Source of the DNA: Chrysomallon squamiferum
Lineage: Eukaryota > Animalia > Mollusca
NCBI GenBank assembly: GCA_012295275.1
Contig: CM022679.1
Location: 26,784,001 to 26,848,000 of the forward strand
Reading direction: 5' to 3'
Length of the DNA stretch: 64,000 nucleotides
Part shown: piece after piece, positions 9,303 to 23,185 of the stretch
Position numbering within the stretch: the stretch's first letter is position 1
How the letters are laid out: each line of letters opens with the position of its first letter
The notes under the pieces: generated by a model
The model's input: only the letters and a program-made list of their open reading frames with translations
The model's database searches: none
Told to the model about the DNA's origin: nothing
Translations under genes and position numbers: made by a program

Positions 9303-12150
9303 TTCCACAATGTTGGATCAGGATATGGTTTAGCTTATGAATTATCACCTATCATAGCTGAGGTTAATTATATTCTAGTACAGTACAAAAAAAATTCCTT
9401 GTATCACCATTGATCAGCATTCTAATTATCATTCAAGACATTATGAACCAAGTTACAGCTACCCTCAATCAGATTTAAAAAAAAAAAAAAAACTGTTTAC
9501 TTATCTACAGTAATGGGTGTACTGCGACTTTTTAAGATATATAAAGTTTAAATCCAGTTTGTATCAGGATTATTTTTTTTATTAAGATACATGAATCCAG
9601 TCTTCGAGAAAAAACAAATATTAATAAAAATTGGCATTTCTTTTTTTATCTTCAATCTGTTAACCCAGTTTTCTTAAACTACCTGTTTACATGACACCAA
9701 TCTCAACGTGCCAGTGCCTGCATTATTGTATCTAAAGTCTGGTATTCAGTATAGTTCTAGTGTTTTGGGATTGTTATTATCAGCACTCGTATGCTGTGTA
9801 TGTTAGTTGAGAATGAATTTTGGACCTTTGAAACTATCTTGAATACAAAATGAACTTAATGTGTTTTGGAAATTCAACTGGAACAAATCTCGTAGACAGT
9901 CTCTGTATCTCAGTATGTATTGGTTATCAAGTTCACCATTTTCGGGATTGCAGAAATTAATAAAGATACTGAATTTAATGATTTTATCAAGCTCGCTGTT
10001 TTGGGGATTCAAGAAACTAATAAAGATATCGGGATTAGAAATGTTAATATGTTCTGTCTTTGGGATTGCAGAAAAAATAAAAAAAATAGTGGGTTTAAAG
10101 GTATGTACAAACAAGTATTGCAAGCAAAAGACAATGTGGGATAATGATGGATAATGGATCCACAAATAAAAGGCTGTTGTAAATGTTGATTAGCTTCCTG
10201 ACACAGAGCAGCTGCAGTTCATCTACATCTGTCTCATCTTCAACTTCTGAACTATTCTTGACAACAATTTTATCATCCCCTTTCGAGAAAATGTCCCACA
10301 ATTCTAAAATAATCGTTTTTCCCCTTTGTTCAAGTTGTTCATCTGTGATATCTGTTTTTGTGAAAAAGAATCAAATTTGAATTATGAAACAGATGAGCTA
10401 GCCTGAATATTTTTAAGAGTGACAGCTTGCAGTTCACATTAATGAGATTGTGTGGAACACAGTGAAACCAAAATATGCAAGAATAATTTGCACTTGTAAA
10501 AAATAATTAAAAGCAAACACTTATAAATCTAGTACATTGCTTGTCTTAATCAAGTACTAGGGGTAGAAGGAGAATGCCAGCTGAAATGTGGCACTATAAC
10601 GCTCATCTTATTTGATCTGGACTGAATATTTCTCTTTGACTAAAGCATCCTTCTAAACAGATTCTGTTATTTTAGTTTTAGTTAATTATAAATTAATCAT
10701 AATCTGCACATTTGTGAATTTTTATAAACAGTGAATTGGCAAAGAAATATTTTACATCATCTTAATTGTGATTTGGAGAAATTTTGAACACACACACACA
10801 GTTGGGCAAACAACTATTTCAAGTTAATGCCCACTAATGGAGCACAATGGACGTCTGATCATGGAGGATTTTGTTCGTGTGCTTCCAACAGGGAACTATT
10901 TATGTCGAGGACATTTTTTTTTTTTTTTTTTTGAAATAACGTTATCAAGACCATGCCTGTGTTGGAATTGTCATCCATCCATCATATGGACAGCTGTTGT
11001 TCACTAGTTACTGCCTGATAGATTTCAGGATCTGTTCTCCTCAGTTGACCCTTTATTTTTCTCCTTCCAGCACAGAAACAGGACTGCTTTTCTAAAGTAT
11101 CTGTGAAGCTGCTTAAAACTTGCATCAATGTAACAGGTGACATTTTATAATCATCTACAGGACTGTTTTATTATTAAGTAAAAAAGGAAATATGCTGCTT
11201 TTCAGCTCCAAGAGCTAATTTGTCAGTTAATAGTAATTAGGTTCTTTAGTCAAATAAGGAAGAAAATATAAACCACTACTTTTTAAAAGGACACCAGACA
11301 CCAGAGGTTCCGTTTATGGCTAAAGTGCAACAGATTACAGATCAACATGCTAGTGACATCTTTCTGAACTTTTGATCCAGATCCAGGTTTATCAAAGCAT
11401 AAGCAGTTGAAAGCAGTTCTTGTTAATATCATTATTATAATTAGGTGCAGATTTTCTGTATTTGTTTTTTAATTACAACAAGTTATATTTGTAAATAAAG
11501 AGAAATAATTTACAAAAGATGGTGCATATAAGTGCTGCAAATTAATATACTTTTATAATCAATATTTGTGATAATTTTATAGATATTTTTTCTTTCTTTC
11601 AGTTTTTGTCTTTATCATTTTTTTTAAATCAGTTTGTAATAGTAATAGTATTTTTACATATTAATAAAAAATTTTGTATTTTCAAATTTTTCTTATTTTG
11701 TTTGTTAATTGAAAATAAAGATAGCTGAGATAAATAATATTTTTATAACAATACAAGTTTATGAAACTAAGTATGTTTCATCCCATGTTTCTAAAGGGCA
11801 TTAAGAAAGTAGGAAAGGAAAGAAATGATTGTACATTTTCCTTACAAGTAAACAAATAAAATGTTGAAATATTTATTATTATTATTATTATTATTATCTT
11901 TTTTTTTTCTTTTTTTTTCGTTTTCGTTTTGTTGTATTAGGAAATGGTCTAGCTTATGATTTACTACCTATAATATCTGAGGTAAATAATAGTTCAGGAC
12001 AATACAAATAAACCATAGATCCACATTCTAATTATCATTCAAGATATTATAAATGAAGTTACATCTGCCCTTACTCATATATTTTTTTTAAAAACTATAT
12101 TTTCTACGATTTGTTAAGATATAAAAAGTTTAAATCCTGTTTATATCAGG

Positions 12151-12207
<57 letters not shown>

Positions 12208-12221
12208 GAATCCAATTTGTA

Positions 12222-12256
<35 letters not shown>

Positions 12257-13130
12257 CTTTAATCTGTGACCCACAGTTGTTGTTTTTTAAAACTATCTCT
12301 GTTTATATGTCACCTATCTCAACATGCCAGTGCCTGCAGTTATTAGCAGTTACATATGAATAGTTGAATATGAATCTTGAACGTATGAAACTGTCTTGCA
12401 TTCAAAATAGTATCTTGGAAATTTAACTTGAACAAATCTTGTAAACAGTCTCTGTTATCAAGTTGACTGTCATTGGGACTGCAGAAATAAATAAAAATAC
12501 TGGGTTTAAAGATATGTACAAACAATATGTGTCCTGACTGTTTTCCAAGCTAAAGACAATGTTGGACGATGATGGGTAATCAGTCCACAAATAACGATGT
12601 GCCTAGCAGCTATTGTGAATGTTGTTTAGCTTCCTGGCACACAGCAGCTGCAATCCATCTATAACTCTGTCTCATCTTCAGCTTCTAAACTATTTTTGAC
12701 ACCAATTTTATCATCTGCTTTCGAGAAAATGTCCCAAAATTCGAAAATAAAGTCTGTTTTATCCCCTTGGTCAAGTTGTTCATTTGTGATATCTGTTTCC
12801 AAAAAAATCTGTTTTTTTAATGATAACGCATCCAAATTGTAATTCTGATACTAATGAACTATTCTGAATCTCTTCAAGAGTGACAGCTTGCAGTTCACAT
12901 GAAAGAGATTGTGCGGAACAAAATGAAATCAATATGTGTAAGAATAATTTGTAAAAAATAATTATAAGCAAACACTTAGATGATAATAAACTATTGAAAT
13001 ATTTTACATCATCTTAATTCTGATTTGTGGAACATTTTGAATGCTGTAATTACCTGTAAAAACACACATCGTTGAGCAAATATCCATATCTAGATAAAAC
13101 CCACTGTTGGAGCTCAGTTTGATGTTGGAG
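8350..13130 (+). repeat. Older ~2.7-kb tandem duplication downstream of gene A
   Basis: ~8350-10860 vs ~11130-13130 share blocks such as cagctccaagagcta, ggctaaagtgcaaca, ttcgagaaaatgtccca; a third partial copy lies at 41990-42980. Confidence 0.8.
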
Positions 13131-15199
13131 ATTGTGAATTATTACAAACACCAAAACTCAGCACTGGACCACAAATACTCCAGTTCTTGTCCACTTGTCT
13201 TAGTAACAAAAAGTATTTAGAGGTGGTTGGAATGCCAGTTTACATCATCCCTATTCTGAATTACTTTCTTTTATTTTGAATGCTTGGAGGTCGATAATAC
13301 ATCAAGAATTCCATGAGGTCGGTGGATAAAAATATTTGCCTATGACTGATTTATAAAGCCCTTGATATTTAATACCGGTACATATAAGAAGATAAGACGC
13401 TGATTTCTCTTTGAAGTAAAACTATTGAAAATGACTTCTCCAGAGGAAAACATTAATTGAGATTTGTATATACCAGAGGTTTTCAAACTTTTTCTGAGTG
13501 TCCCTATGAGAAAATATTTGATGGGTAAGCTGCTACCGTATGTTCAGTTGCTATGTGAGCAAAATGCACTGTGCTTTAACTGGATAAAATATAATGCAAA
13601 ATTATAATTTTAGAAAAAAAGAAAATAATCATTATAACCACAAGTAATGATATAACTGGCTAAGGTTTCGTCAACAAAATCTTTGCACTATAGCTTCAGT
13701 TTATAATCATGTAATCGTGTCGCTGTAAAGATTATATATAAAACTACAGTGACAGAATGTAATACTGACCCTTATTGGCCACGTATTTCTCGTCATTTTG
13801 TGGCATCGCAGCTAAGCTGAAGACGAAACACACACACACACACTGAAAGTATATATATTGCTCTGAATTTACTGGCGAAAAAAACAGGTTTAGTATTGAA
13901 GGTTATAAGTTTATAATTTTATTTTAATTAATTCATTTTGTTTATTTTAAAGTATGTTAATATCTATTTAGCTATTTCTATTATAAGGTGGTACATTAAT
14001 GCATATTTTATAACTTAGTTTTACTATTCCAAGTATTAGTATCTTTTTTCTTCCCGTTTTTTTTTTTTTTCTTTTTTTTCTTAATACTGTATCTTAAATA
14101 CTTTGATATTTAGGCGTGTAATTATTTTAATATAGCATTTTTTATAGTGAAATAAAATAATTATATAAGAAAATATGTTTGTTTTGATATAAAATGGTGG
14201 ATGGTATTTACTATATTTTAAGTGTGTCCATACCCCACGAAGAAAGACTGAATTCAAAACAGTCGCAAATGGTTCGTTGTTAGTATCATATACTGCATCA
14301 AAACAATTATAAACTATAATTTAGACATTTTGATTAAGTATTCGCTAAGAATCTGATGCCTCTAAAATTATCACTATATAACTGGATCTGACGTAAAAGG
14401 ATTACTTTAAAATCAGTAATATAATTTTAATTTCTTTTCTTTTCCATTTTATTCTTTATTTATTTTATATTATTATTATTCCTTATTTTTATTTTTTGTT
14501 TTTGTTGTTGTTGTTAAATACAGAGAAAAAGAAAAAAAAAAACAACAAAAATCAACAAAAAAATCCATTAGACTGGTTTCTCATAGTTATTTCATTTTTA
14601 TCAGAATAACCAGTTAATATATCTAGTAGTTGTGTCCCCTGTTAACTATCAAGATACAGTCATTTTATTGGCACGGAAGAGAAGTTTTAGTAAGTCATAG
14701 TTTCTTGTTTTAGTTAACAAATATTTAGACGACCGGTTGACGGACCTTTAAATTTATTTTATTTTTGCAACTGTCTGTTGTAAAACTTTTATCAAGCATT
14801 ATATTTATAATGAATGTATCACTATCAAGGCAATCATTGATTCAAATAACAAGTTCAAGTGGTCAATTTGCTGTTTACATGTAAATGCCACTTCTGATGC
14901 ATTGAAAATGGAAATAAATATTATAAAAAAGAATTTAATGAATTATAATAATGGTTTCAAGTATTGTTTTACAACAACGTACTCAGTACTGTCCGCTATT
15001 TGATGTGGTTTGCCGTAAAAGATACTAAATTACTTAATTAGTAAATAAAACATCCCAAGTTTTCAGCAGTTTCTACTCAATAACAGACATCTATGTATAT
15101 GAGGCATTGAACATAATTATGTATGACATATTTCCCCAAATTACTTTTAATAATCCATGTAGAATTGATTTCATTATGAAGGAATAGATGTTTAAAAGT

Positions 15200-15348
15200 T
15201 CGTAAACACTGATCGGCGTTCGACGTTGCCATCTTGGATTTCTATCGGAAGTTTCCGTGAGCGCTCGGAAACTGTGTGATCGGGTTTTTAAACTTCCAAA
15301 TTCAACTATTTTCTGAATTGTTTATGATTTACACTGATAAAGGTAAGG
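15200..15348 (+). promoter_or_regulatory. Candidate CpG-rich promoter / first non-coding exon
   Basis: Local CpG enrichment; GCCATCTT (YY1-like, 15228), CGGAAGT (ETS-like) overlapping GGAAGTTTCC (kB-like, 15247-15256); strong donor AAG|GTAAGG at 15343; duplicate at ~44425-44556. Confidence 0.4.
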
Positions 15349-15933
15349 ATGGTTGTTCATATTACCAAACCATGATGTTCTGCGCCTTTCCTAACTTCTT
15401 TTTCAACTTGATCAAACTTTTTTAACTGGATTATTTTTGTGCAAATGCGGTCATAATAAACTAAAATTATGATTTGTTATAAGAGTAATCAATTTGATGT
15501 ATTAACTTTTGTAGCTGGCAATGTTCCCTGTGTCAGAACCCAACAGAAATGAACGTTGAGGTGTAGTTTGTACCCATTAAAATGGCGAAATTCTAGAGGA
15601 CTTTTTTCCAGTGAAATAATTTGTGTCATTACACGTTATCGTTCCTATTGGTCCATGCTACTAATTGACCCTTTTTAAGTTTTTTGATTTTCATTTTCTT
15701 GAAGGGCATTAAATTTCGAGTTGTTTTTTTTCGTTGGTATTTTTATATATTTTCTAAACAGTAAATATCATGATACATAAAATTATTCAGCATCATCTTC
15801 ATTTTCATTTCTTGACACATGAATTGTGATATTGATAAACAACAGAGAATCAACAGACAAATTTAGCATTTCAAAATGATCGTAACCAGGTTTGAGCAGA
15901 TAGTCACATATTGCACCAATTGGCTGTACCACT

Positions 15934-17110
15934 GGGGTACAGAAAAAATGGCATCTTATTTATTTTTTCTGTATAGTTGCTTTGATAAAAAGTACTTTGG
16001 AAAATACAGTTTATTCATGCAATATTGCTACATACATGTACATTAATATATAGCATCACTCAGCCACTTGGTTTTGCTTAATAAATTATATTATTATATC
16101 AGAATTTAATATTACACATACACATATACACATATAAATACATATACATACATATACACATACATACATACATGCATATATATACACACATTATACACAC
16201 ATTCCTACATATGCGTACATACATATATGTATACTTACACGCATATATGCACTAGTACGTTCAAACATACAGATACATATGTATGTAATTTAAATATGCA
16301 TACCATAGTTAAAATATCCTCCAGAATGATATCATTCAGTCAATTTAAATGTGTGTGTTTGTATATACACACAGATACTTACACACATATCTTATGCTAT
16401 GTTTGAACTGACATAATATCATTCTGGAGGATATTTTAACTATGGTATGCATATTTACATTAGGTACATCTGTATGAATGTTTATGTATGAACGTACTCG
16501 AGCATCCGTGTATGCCTACAAGCATATATATATATGTGTGTGTGTATGTGTATATATATATATGTATGTATATATATATATGTATAGGTGTATATATATG
16601 TGTATATATTCATACATACATACATACACATATATAAAGAGCTTGTCACAAATTCTGGTAGAAACATTTATATATATATATGTCTGTGTGTGTATGTGTG
16701 TGAATATATATATACAGTATACCCTCACCTGTTCGCGGTTCCCCATTCGCTTACATTATCATTACTACATAAGTGAAATACATAACTGCATGCAATATTA
16801 CTACATTATTACTGTATTAATGAGTAAGAGTGTCTTTAGAAAGTGTTTGGGAAGCATTTAGTACTGTATATAATCTCATAATAGACGTTTTAAAATATTC
16901 GCGTTTTTTCGCTATTCGTGGGTGGGTAAACAGCGTAACCCCCGCGAATAGCGAGGGAATACTGTGTGTGTATATATATATATATATATATAAATGCATG
17001 TGTGTATATATGTGTAATATTAAATTCTGATATAATATTTTACTTTGTTAAACAAAACCAAGTGACTGAGAGATGCTATATATTAAAATACATCTGTGTA
17101 ACAACACTGC
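15934..17110. mobile_element. Foldback element, copy with a nested MITE and a truncated right end
   Basis: Inverted arms 16040-16120 vs 17005-17090 and 16290-16340 vs 16405-16460; orthologous position to 45154-46070. Confidence 0.65.
16715..16964. mobile_element. 250-bp pogo/mariner-like MITE
   Basis: TIRs CAGTATACCCTCACCTGTTCGCGG...CCGCGAATAGCGAGGGAATACTG, preceded by TA; absent from the duplicate near 45780. Confidence 0.75.
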
Positions 17111-17142
17111 AGTTTTTGAAAATGTCAGTAACATATTTACTA

Positions 17143-17655
17143 CCGTATATACTTGTGTATAAGTCAAATTTTTGGGAGACTATATTAAGGTAATATTTTG
17201 GGGTTTGACTTATACATAGGTAATGCTTTTGTAGCTGTTGCTGAAGAGTCGCCATTTTGACTATTTTTTGCTACAGGATGCATCTAAAATAATCGCGGTC
17301 TTTCAGCTTTTCAAAAATATAATTTTATCGTATAAAAGTTTTTGAAAAATTAAATAACAAAACCAAATATGAATGTAAAACATGATATTCTTCCGTTTAA
17401 TGACATAAAAATACATTTCAAAGCGAGAAAACCGTCAGTACGGCATTATGCCTTACGGCGTCTTGCAATGATTTAGGCTATAGCTCGTGTAATACATGCA
17501 TTTACGTTATTATGGTATGTTCGTGCAAGTTATGTTACAGTAGGCGTACAATGTAGGCCTTCATGGCACTGTCACACTGGTCTAAAAATAGTGACGGTGC
17601 CTGGAATCTACAGTCGACTTATACATAAGGTCGCCTTGTACACAAGTATATACGG
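17143..17655. mobile_element. Tc1/mariner-pogo type MITE with TA target duplication
   Basis: TA|CCGTATATACTTGTGTA...TACACAAGTATATACGG|TA; clean empty site (tttacTAtttacc) in the duplicate at ~46500. Confidence 0.85.
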
Positions 17656-19957
17656 TATTTACCGAAACAGCTTACTTTAATACAGTCTAACATCTCGTAA
17701 TTAACTTGTATGTATCATTAAAGTAACTAAATATGTTACCCATTCATTTCTACAAATATTCCTAACAGTATGTATTAATTAAATATGTACTGTTAGTTAA
17801 CTGTAATCCAATTACTGAAATCACATAGAAATTAACAGTCATTAGCTAGAGACAAAGGGAATTTTTGTCACTTACGCTCTGCTGACTTCATGGAAGTTTG
17901 TGACATATTTGTTTAAGTAAAAGGCAGGAGAGACCACGTGACAGACACACCCTCTGGCCTGTCGTATATGTGCTTCACAGCCATTATTAGGCAATTTTGT
18001 TTGTAACTATATTTTGCGTTATCCTTGTTTAAGTCAGAAGCAGGGACAAATGGTGACCTTTTTAAGTGTGCTCTGTTTGACTTGTTGATTAATTTGATGT
18101 AACCTGTATATACTCCATAGAGAGTTTGTGTAAAATAAGTAATTATCTTTGAAATAGAAATATTGTTCTTGTGGATCCTTGATAATATATACAGTTTATA
18201 CCTGTAGGATATGCAAATATATGTATCTGTTATAATCAACCATCACAGTTTCTTAATTTCACGATGCAGTCCCTAGATAATAAATGAGCCATAATTTAAT
18301 AGGGTCATTAGCCCTTGAAAGCTAACACTCATTAACAATATCGAAATGAAGCTTTTTATGAGTGCTAAATCTGTACTGTATTTTTAAGCAAGTTGCTAAT
18401 ATTCATGAATTTTAATTAATTAATTAATCAAACTAATTAGCTGAAATTTACTGTACACCAATGTGTGTCAATGCCATTCAGAAAGTGTCGTGTGACCTAA
18501 ATTGATTTTGTTATTATCGATCCTCTGAAGCGAGGCCTGTGCATATGCAGTCTTTCGCTACCATACAGTCATCACTCACACCCATAAAATTAGTTGAAAT
18601 GTAGCATAATAGTAGTTAATAAGCAGATGTATTTTAAACATATTATTTTGAACATATTTTTTTTTGATTGATGACTTTGCTGAGATTTTCAGAAATATTT
18701 TTTCATAAAAAATTTGATAAACTGCCCCTCGGTCAATATTAAAAATAGAAACCGAGGTTGTAGCAAAATATGTATACATCATCAAACTTAATTTGTTTAG
18801 AAAGATTTTTCTAATGGACCAACAGATTGCACTTTGCTGATTCTATATAAGGATTGCACAGAAATCTCACGAGAGTGAAATAGGTTATTTGCACATATCT
18901 GTAAGTCAGCCAGTAGAGGTATTTCGCATTCATACTGCACACGCGCACCAAGAGTAATGTTCCTTGACAAAATAGACTGAAGGTAGTCTATTTACAAATT
19001 GAGTGGTGTCACAGATATGGTGTTATGGGCAATTTGAGTAGCTTTGTAGGAGACTTTAAACTTTGGCAACTAACATGTACATATTTCGAATTAGATGGCA
19101 TAATGGCCGTAAAAAACAGTCCACTGAAGTTTACAGCAGAATGGTTCAAATTAAAAAGCAGTGTAACAACTTGGACAAAGTCTCTACGACTCGTACACCC
19201 GAGCATTTTGTTAATGCCAGATTAACAGACTATTTTGTAAAAAGTACAAATACATATAATTTGTTTACTGGAAACAGAAGCTTGCACAAATATTGTAAAT
19301 ACCCCCATATCAAAATCAGGACTTATGTGAGCATCTCAGTATATGTGTGTGTGTCTCTGCATACATACAAAACACACACAACACACACACATTACCACAT
19401 TATAACTGAGGTGCCCATTCCCTCTCAAAACCACTAAACAGTTCCAAAGATGCACTAAATATTGGCAAGTCTTTGTAATGATACATTTACAGAGTACTTA
19501 CACCTTTGTTGTAGATACATCTAGCTGAACACTGATAATGTGGCCACATACGATGTTTAACAAACACAACATACAGTAACATGGTTAATTAAATCTTTTG
19601 TTTATGAAGAAAATGTGAGCAACTTATTTCCTTTTCAGGTTAAAACCAGTTACTTGTCTAATTTCAGTTATTGTTAGGTGTAATTAGTACAAATATGCAC
19701 AAGTATATATATACTTTATACTTAAAAGAAACTATAAATAAACCATTTATTTAGGAGTAACATATAATTGCTATATTGAAGATTGTAACTGTACCTTTAC
19801 TCATATACTCACACAAACACCTACACACTTGTACAACCCCTACTAAGTATTTGTGACTCCAAGCAACAAACACCTCAACTAGTTGAGGTAGACTGAATAA
19901 TTAAGAAAATAATTGAAACTGTTGTTCTCTGTAGTTATCTGAACTATGTTATTAATT

Positions 19958-20226
19958 TCATTTGTTTTTTGTTCTAGGTGTTGTGACAATTTCCCATCTC
20001 ATATTGAGGGTGGATATATAGTCCACATGTTTCTTCCCACCTAGAAAATGTGCCGAAAAAACCCTCATGTTTGCAGTAACATTAAAATCTTTTTCATTTC
20101 TATGTGAAGCAATTACCCACAAATATTTCCAGTATGCACTGGCTGGGTATAGATGGAAGGATAACGAATTCCCCAACTTCTGCGATAAGAACAGTTAATA
20201 ACTGAACAACAGTCATGGTGTCCCAT
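19958..20226 (-). pseudogene. Frameshifted THAP (C2CH) zinc-finger relic, probably from a DNA transposon
   Basis: MGHHDCCSVINCSYRR / SLSFHLYP...WKYLWVIASHR...FNVTANMRVFSAHFLGGK..DYISTL fits the THAP pattern (C-x4-C, FHxFP, W, VCSxHF, DYxPTL); frameshift near 20176. Confidence 0.75.
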
Positions 20227-21331
20227 TACAGAATGTTTGCTTTTGCCCACCAGTCTGCAAATAGGGCTATTTTGGTGAGATCTCAGGGTTTGTGTCCTCG
20301 AATTACCCAGCAAAAGGTACATGTTCAGTGGAATGTGACATACCTCTATTGTTATCTTGACTGTTTGAAAAATGGTCGGATCACCAAAGTGTTACTGCAG
20401 ACCAGACCTTCTGCTTAATGATGTATGTTGACCTATTCTTCTTTATTTACTTATATCTTACATAAAAATGATGGAAAAAGATGTCTGGTATTTTTCATCA
20501 TAATTGTCTAGAGTCTTGGATAATTTGCTATTTCAAAATGATAATGCTGCCTCTTTACAAATCAAACAAGCACATGCTGTTGTATTCTGAGTTGATTTAA
20601 GTTTTGCAATTCATTCAACTAAATTTTGCATTCCTTTTCATATCACTGTTTGTTTCAGATTTTGCTGGTTTTTGTTTTTCTTTCTTCTTGTTTATTAAAT
20701 TTTTTGGTTTTGCCCTGAAAAAAGTTTAAATGTAGCAGTTATTATTCACAAATCTCTATTGTCTTAAATAATGTTCAACTGGATGAAAATAAGCACTTAT
20801 TATGGGATTTGAAATTACTTCAATTCCTTAATATTCAACATATTCACCTGATGTAATTTTAAAGGGTTTCCAAGATCTTTTCAAATATGTTATTTGTTTT
20901 CAGATATCTGGGGTTTGAAATTTTTATCCACATAATGTGGCAGCGGTCTTGTAATTCATTGTGACTAAGCAAAGTTTATTCAAGACTTCAAATCATATAT
21001 AAGTTACAGATTATGCCTTTCTCTCACAGTCTGTCGAATTCCATACAAATACATCAGTCACTAGGTACTGAGATACATATGTGATGACTTCTATAATGCT
21101 TTTGTAATCCTTCCCAAATTTAACACTTAAAGATATAATTTTTAAATTACATTCCCTCAAATATTGCGTACCAGCAAAATTTGTAATGTTGCGTGATTTT
21201 GCCTTGACAGCACTATTTTCCAAGTTGTGAAAATAGAGTTCAAATTCCATTGTAGATATTTTCGGTTGATGTCAGTGTCTATTTGACTTTAGGAAGCAAT
21301 TCAAACTGTGAACATCAGTTTTAATAAATAT

Positions 21332-21380
<49 letters not shown>

Positions 21381-22187
21381 AATATTACTTTTTTATTTTT
21401 TTATTCTAAATAATTTATTAATTTTTTTATTTTATTTTGTTATATACAGAATGGTGAATTTGCTGATATTTTTGTTACATCTTTTGTATAATATTTTCTT
21501 CTTGATCCCACACCCTCGTAGCTTTCCTCATTTGTGTATTTCTAAACTGGCTTGGTCTTAAATTTTTCTGACATAACTAAGGTAAGGTACGGGGTTTGAA
21601 ATTACAGGCAAAAGTAGAATGTTTCTGTTTGTTCTGGAAATGCACGTACATTAATTACTATATTTGTGCTCATAAACGTTTTATATTTACCCCAAAAATA
21701 TTTTAAACCATAACAAATTATATTTCATTTATCTGTTCTTTAAATGCTAAAACCATTAAATGCTAAACCAGTAATATATTATTGTCTCCATGCACGAATG
21801 GAAATAACTTAGTTACCTGTGTTATGTTTATAGACAAAGTCATCACCAGCAGTAACCATTTGGATTTTATCAGAACAATTGTTTTAGGTTGGGCTGTTGC
21901 GCATGAATATCATAAAATGCATCAAACATAATCATAAATGCTTCTGTGCTAGAAAGAAATTCAAAGCAAATACTAAGCTAAGAAAACTTATACATTTCTG
22001 CTTAAAATATGACATTTAACACACCTGCGCCTTTAATTGCCCATAGATTTATGATTATAGAGATCTTATTTCCCCTAATACTTTCTGGAATTGGCTCTGA
22101 ACCAAATTTGTGTATTGCTGATGATTATGATTAGACATGAAATATTTGTTGTCCTAGGTGACATGTACATTTGAAGTGTGTCTAGGT

Positions 22188-22534
<347 letters not shown>

Positions 22535-23185
22535 GTCTAGATGTTATCAACTACAGTTAAAAATATTGAGAAAATTTAATGTCTCTGTATTAGAGGTAAC
22601 AGAGAGGTTATTAATTTGTTATTCTGATGAAATTAATACAAAACTGAAATTGTCACTCAGTAGTAATATCGGTTCACTAATTTATAATACAATTTACAAG
22701 TGTAAAAAATCAAGTTACATCTGTAAAGAAAGGTATGCTGTGCTATTTAATGTTGTTATATTTATAAAGTGGACATTAGTTGACTCTATAGTTTTATAAA
22801 AAAAAAAAAACAATTGCTGTATTTTTCAGAAAAAAATTACTCCAATTGCGGCGTTTTGCTTGACCTTGCCCATATAAGTATATACAAGTACAAATTTGAA
22901 AACATATGCATGTACATGCACAAGTACACACTTACGCATGCTCACACACACACACACACATATCGATTTCTCACATATCTTTTGATGTGGCATAAATAAC
23001 CAGTTACTGTTATATCTGAACGGTTATTAATGTGTGTTCTCTGTATCTGTATTTGTTGGATTTTGAAAATGTCTTAAACTTTATTTATTCATTATTTTAT
23101 CTTATATTTTTTAATATTTCATTTAGGTGAAAAGTTCATTGGTTCATTGTTGCGGTGTGTACTCTTTTAACTGTTGTGGAGAACA

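Noticed and set aside
9924-10100. CRISPR-like spacing of ~60-bp repeats
   Set aside because: Whole units are homologous with no unique spacers, the context is eukaryotic and no cas genes are present.
19009-19437. Short ORFs conserved at 47975-48212
   Set aside because: Conservation is explained by the recent segmental duplication; no recognisable domain.
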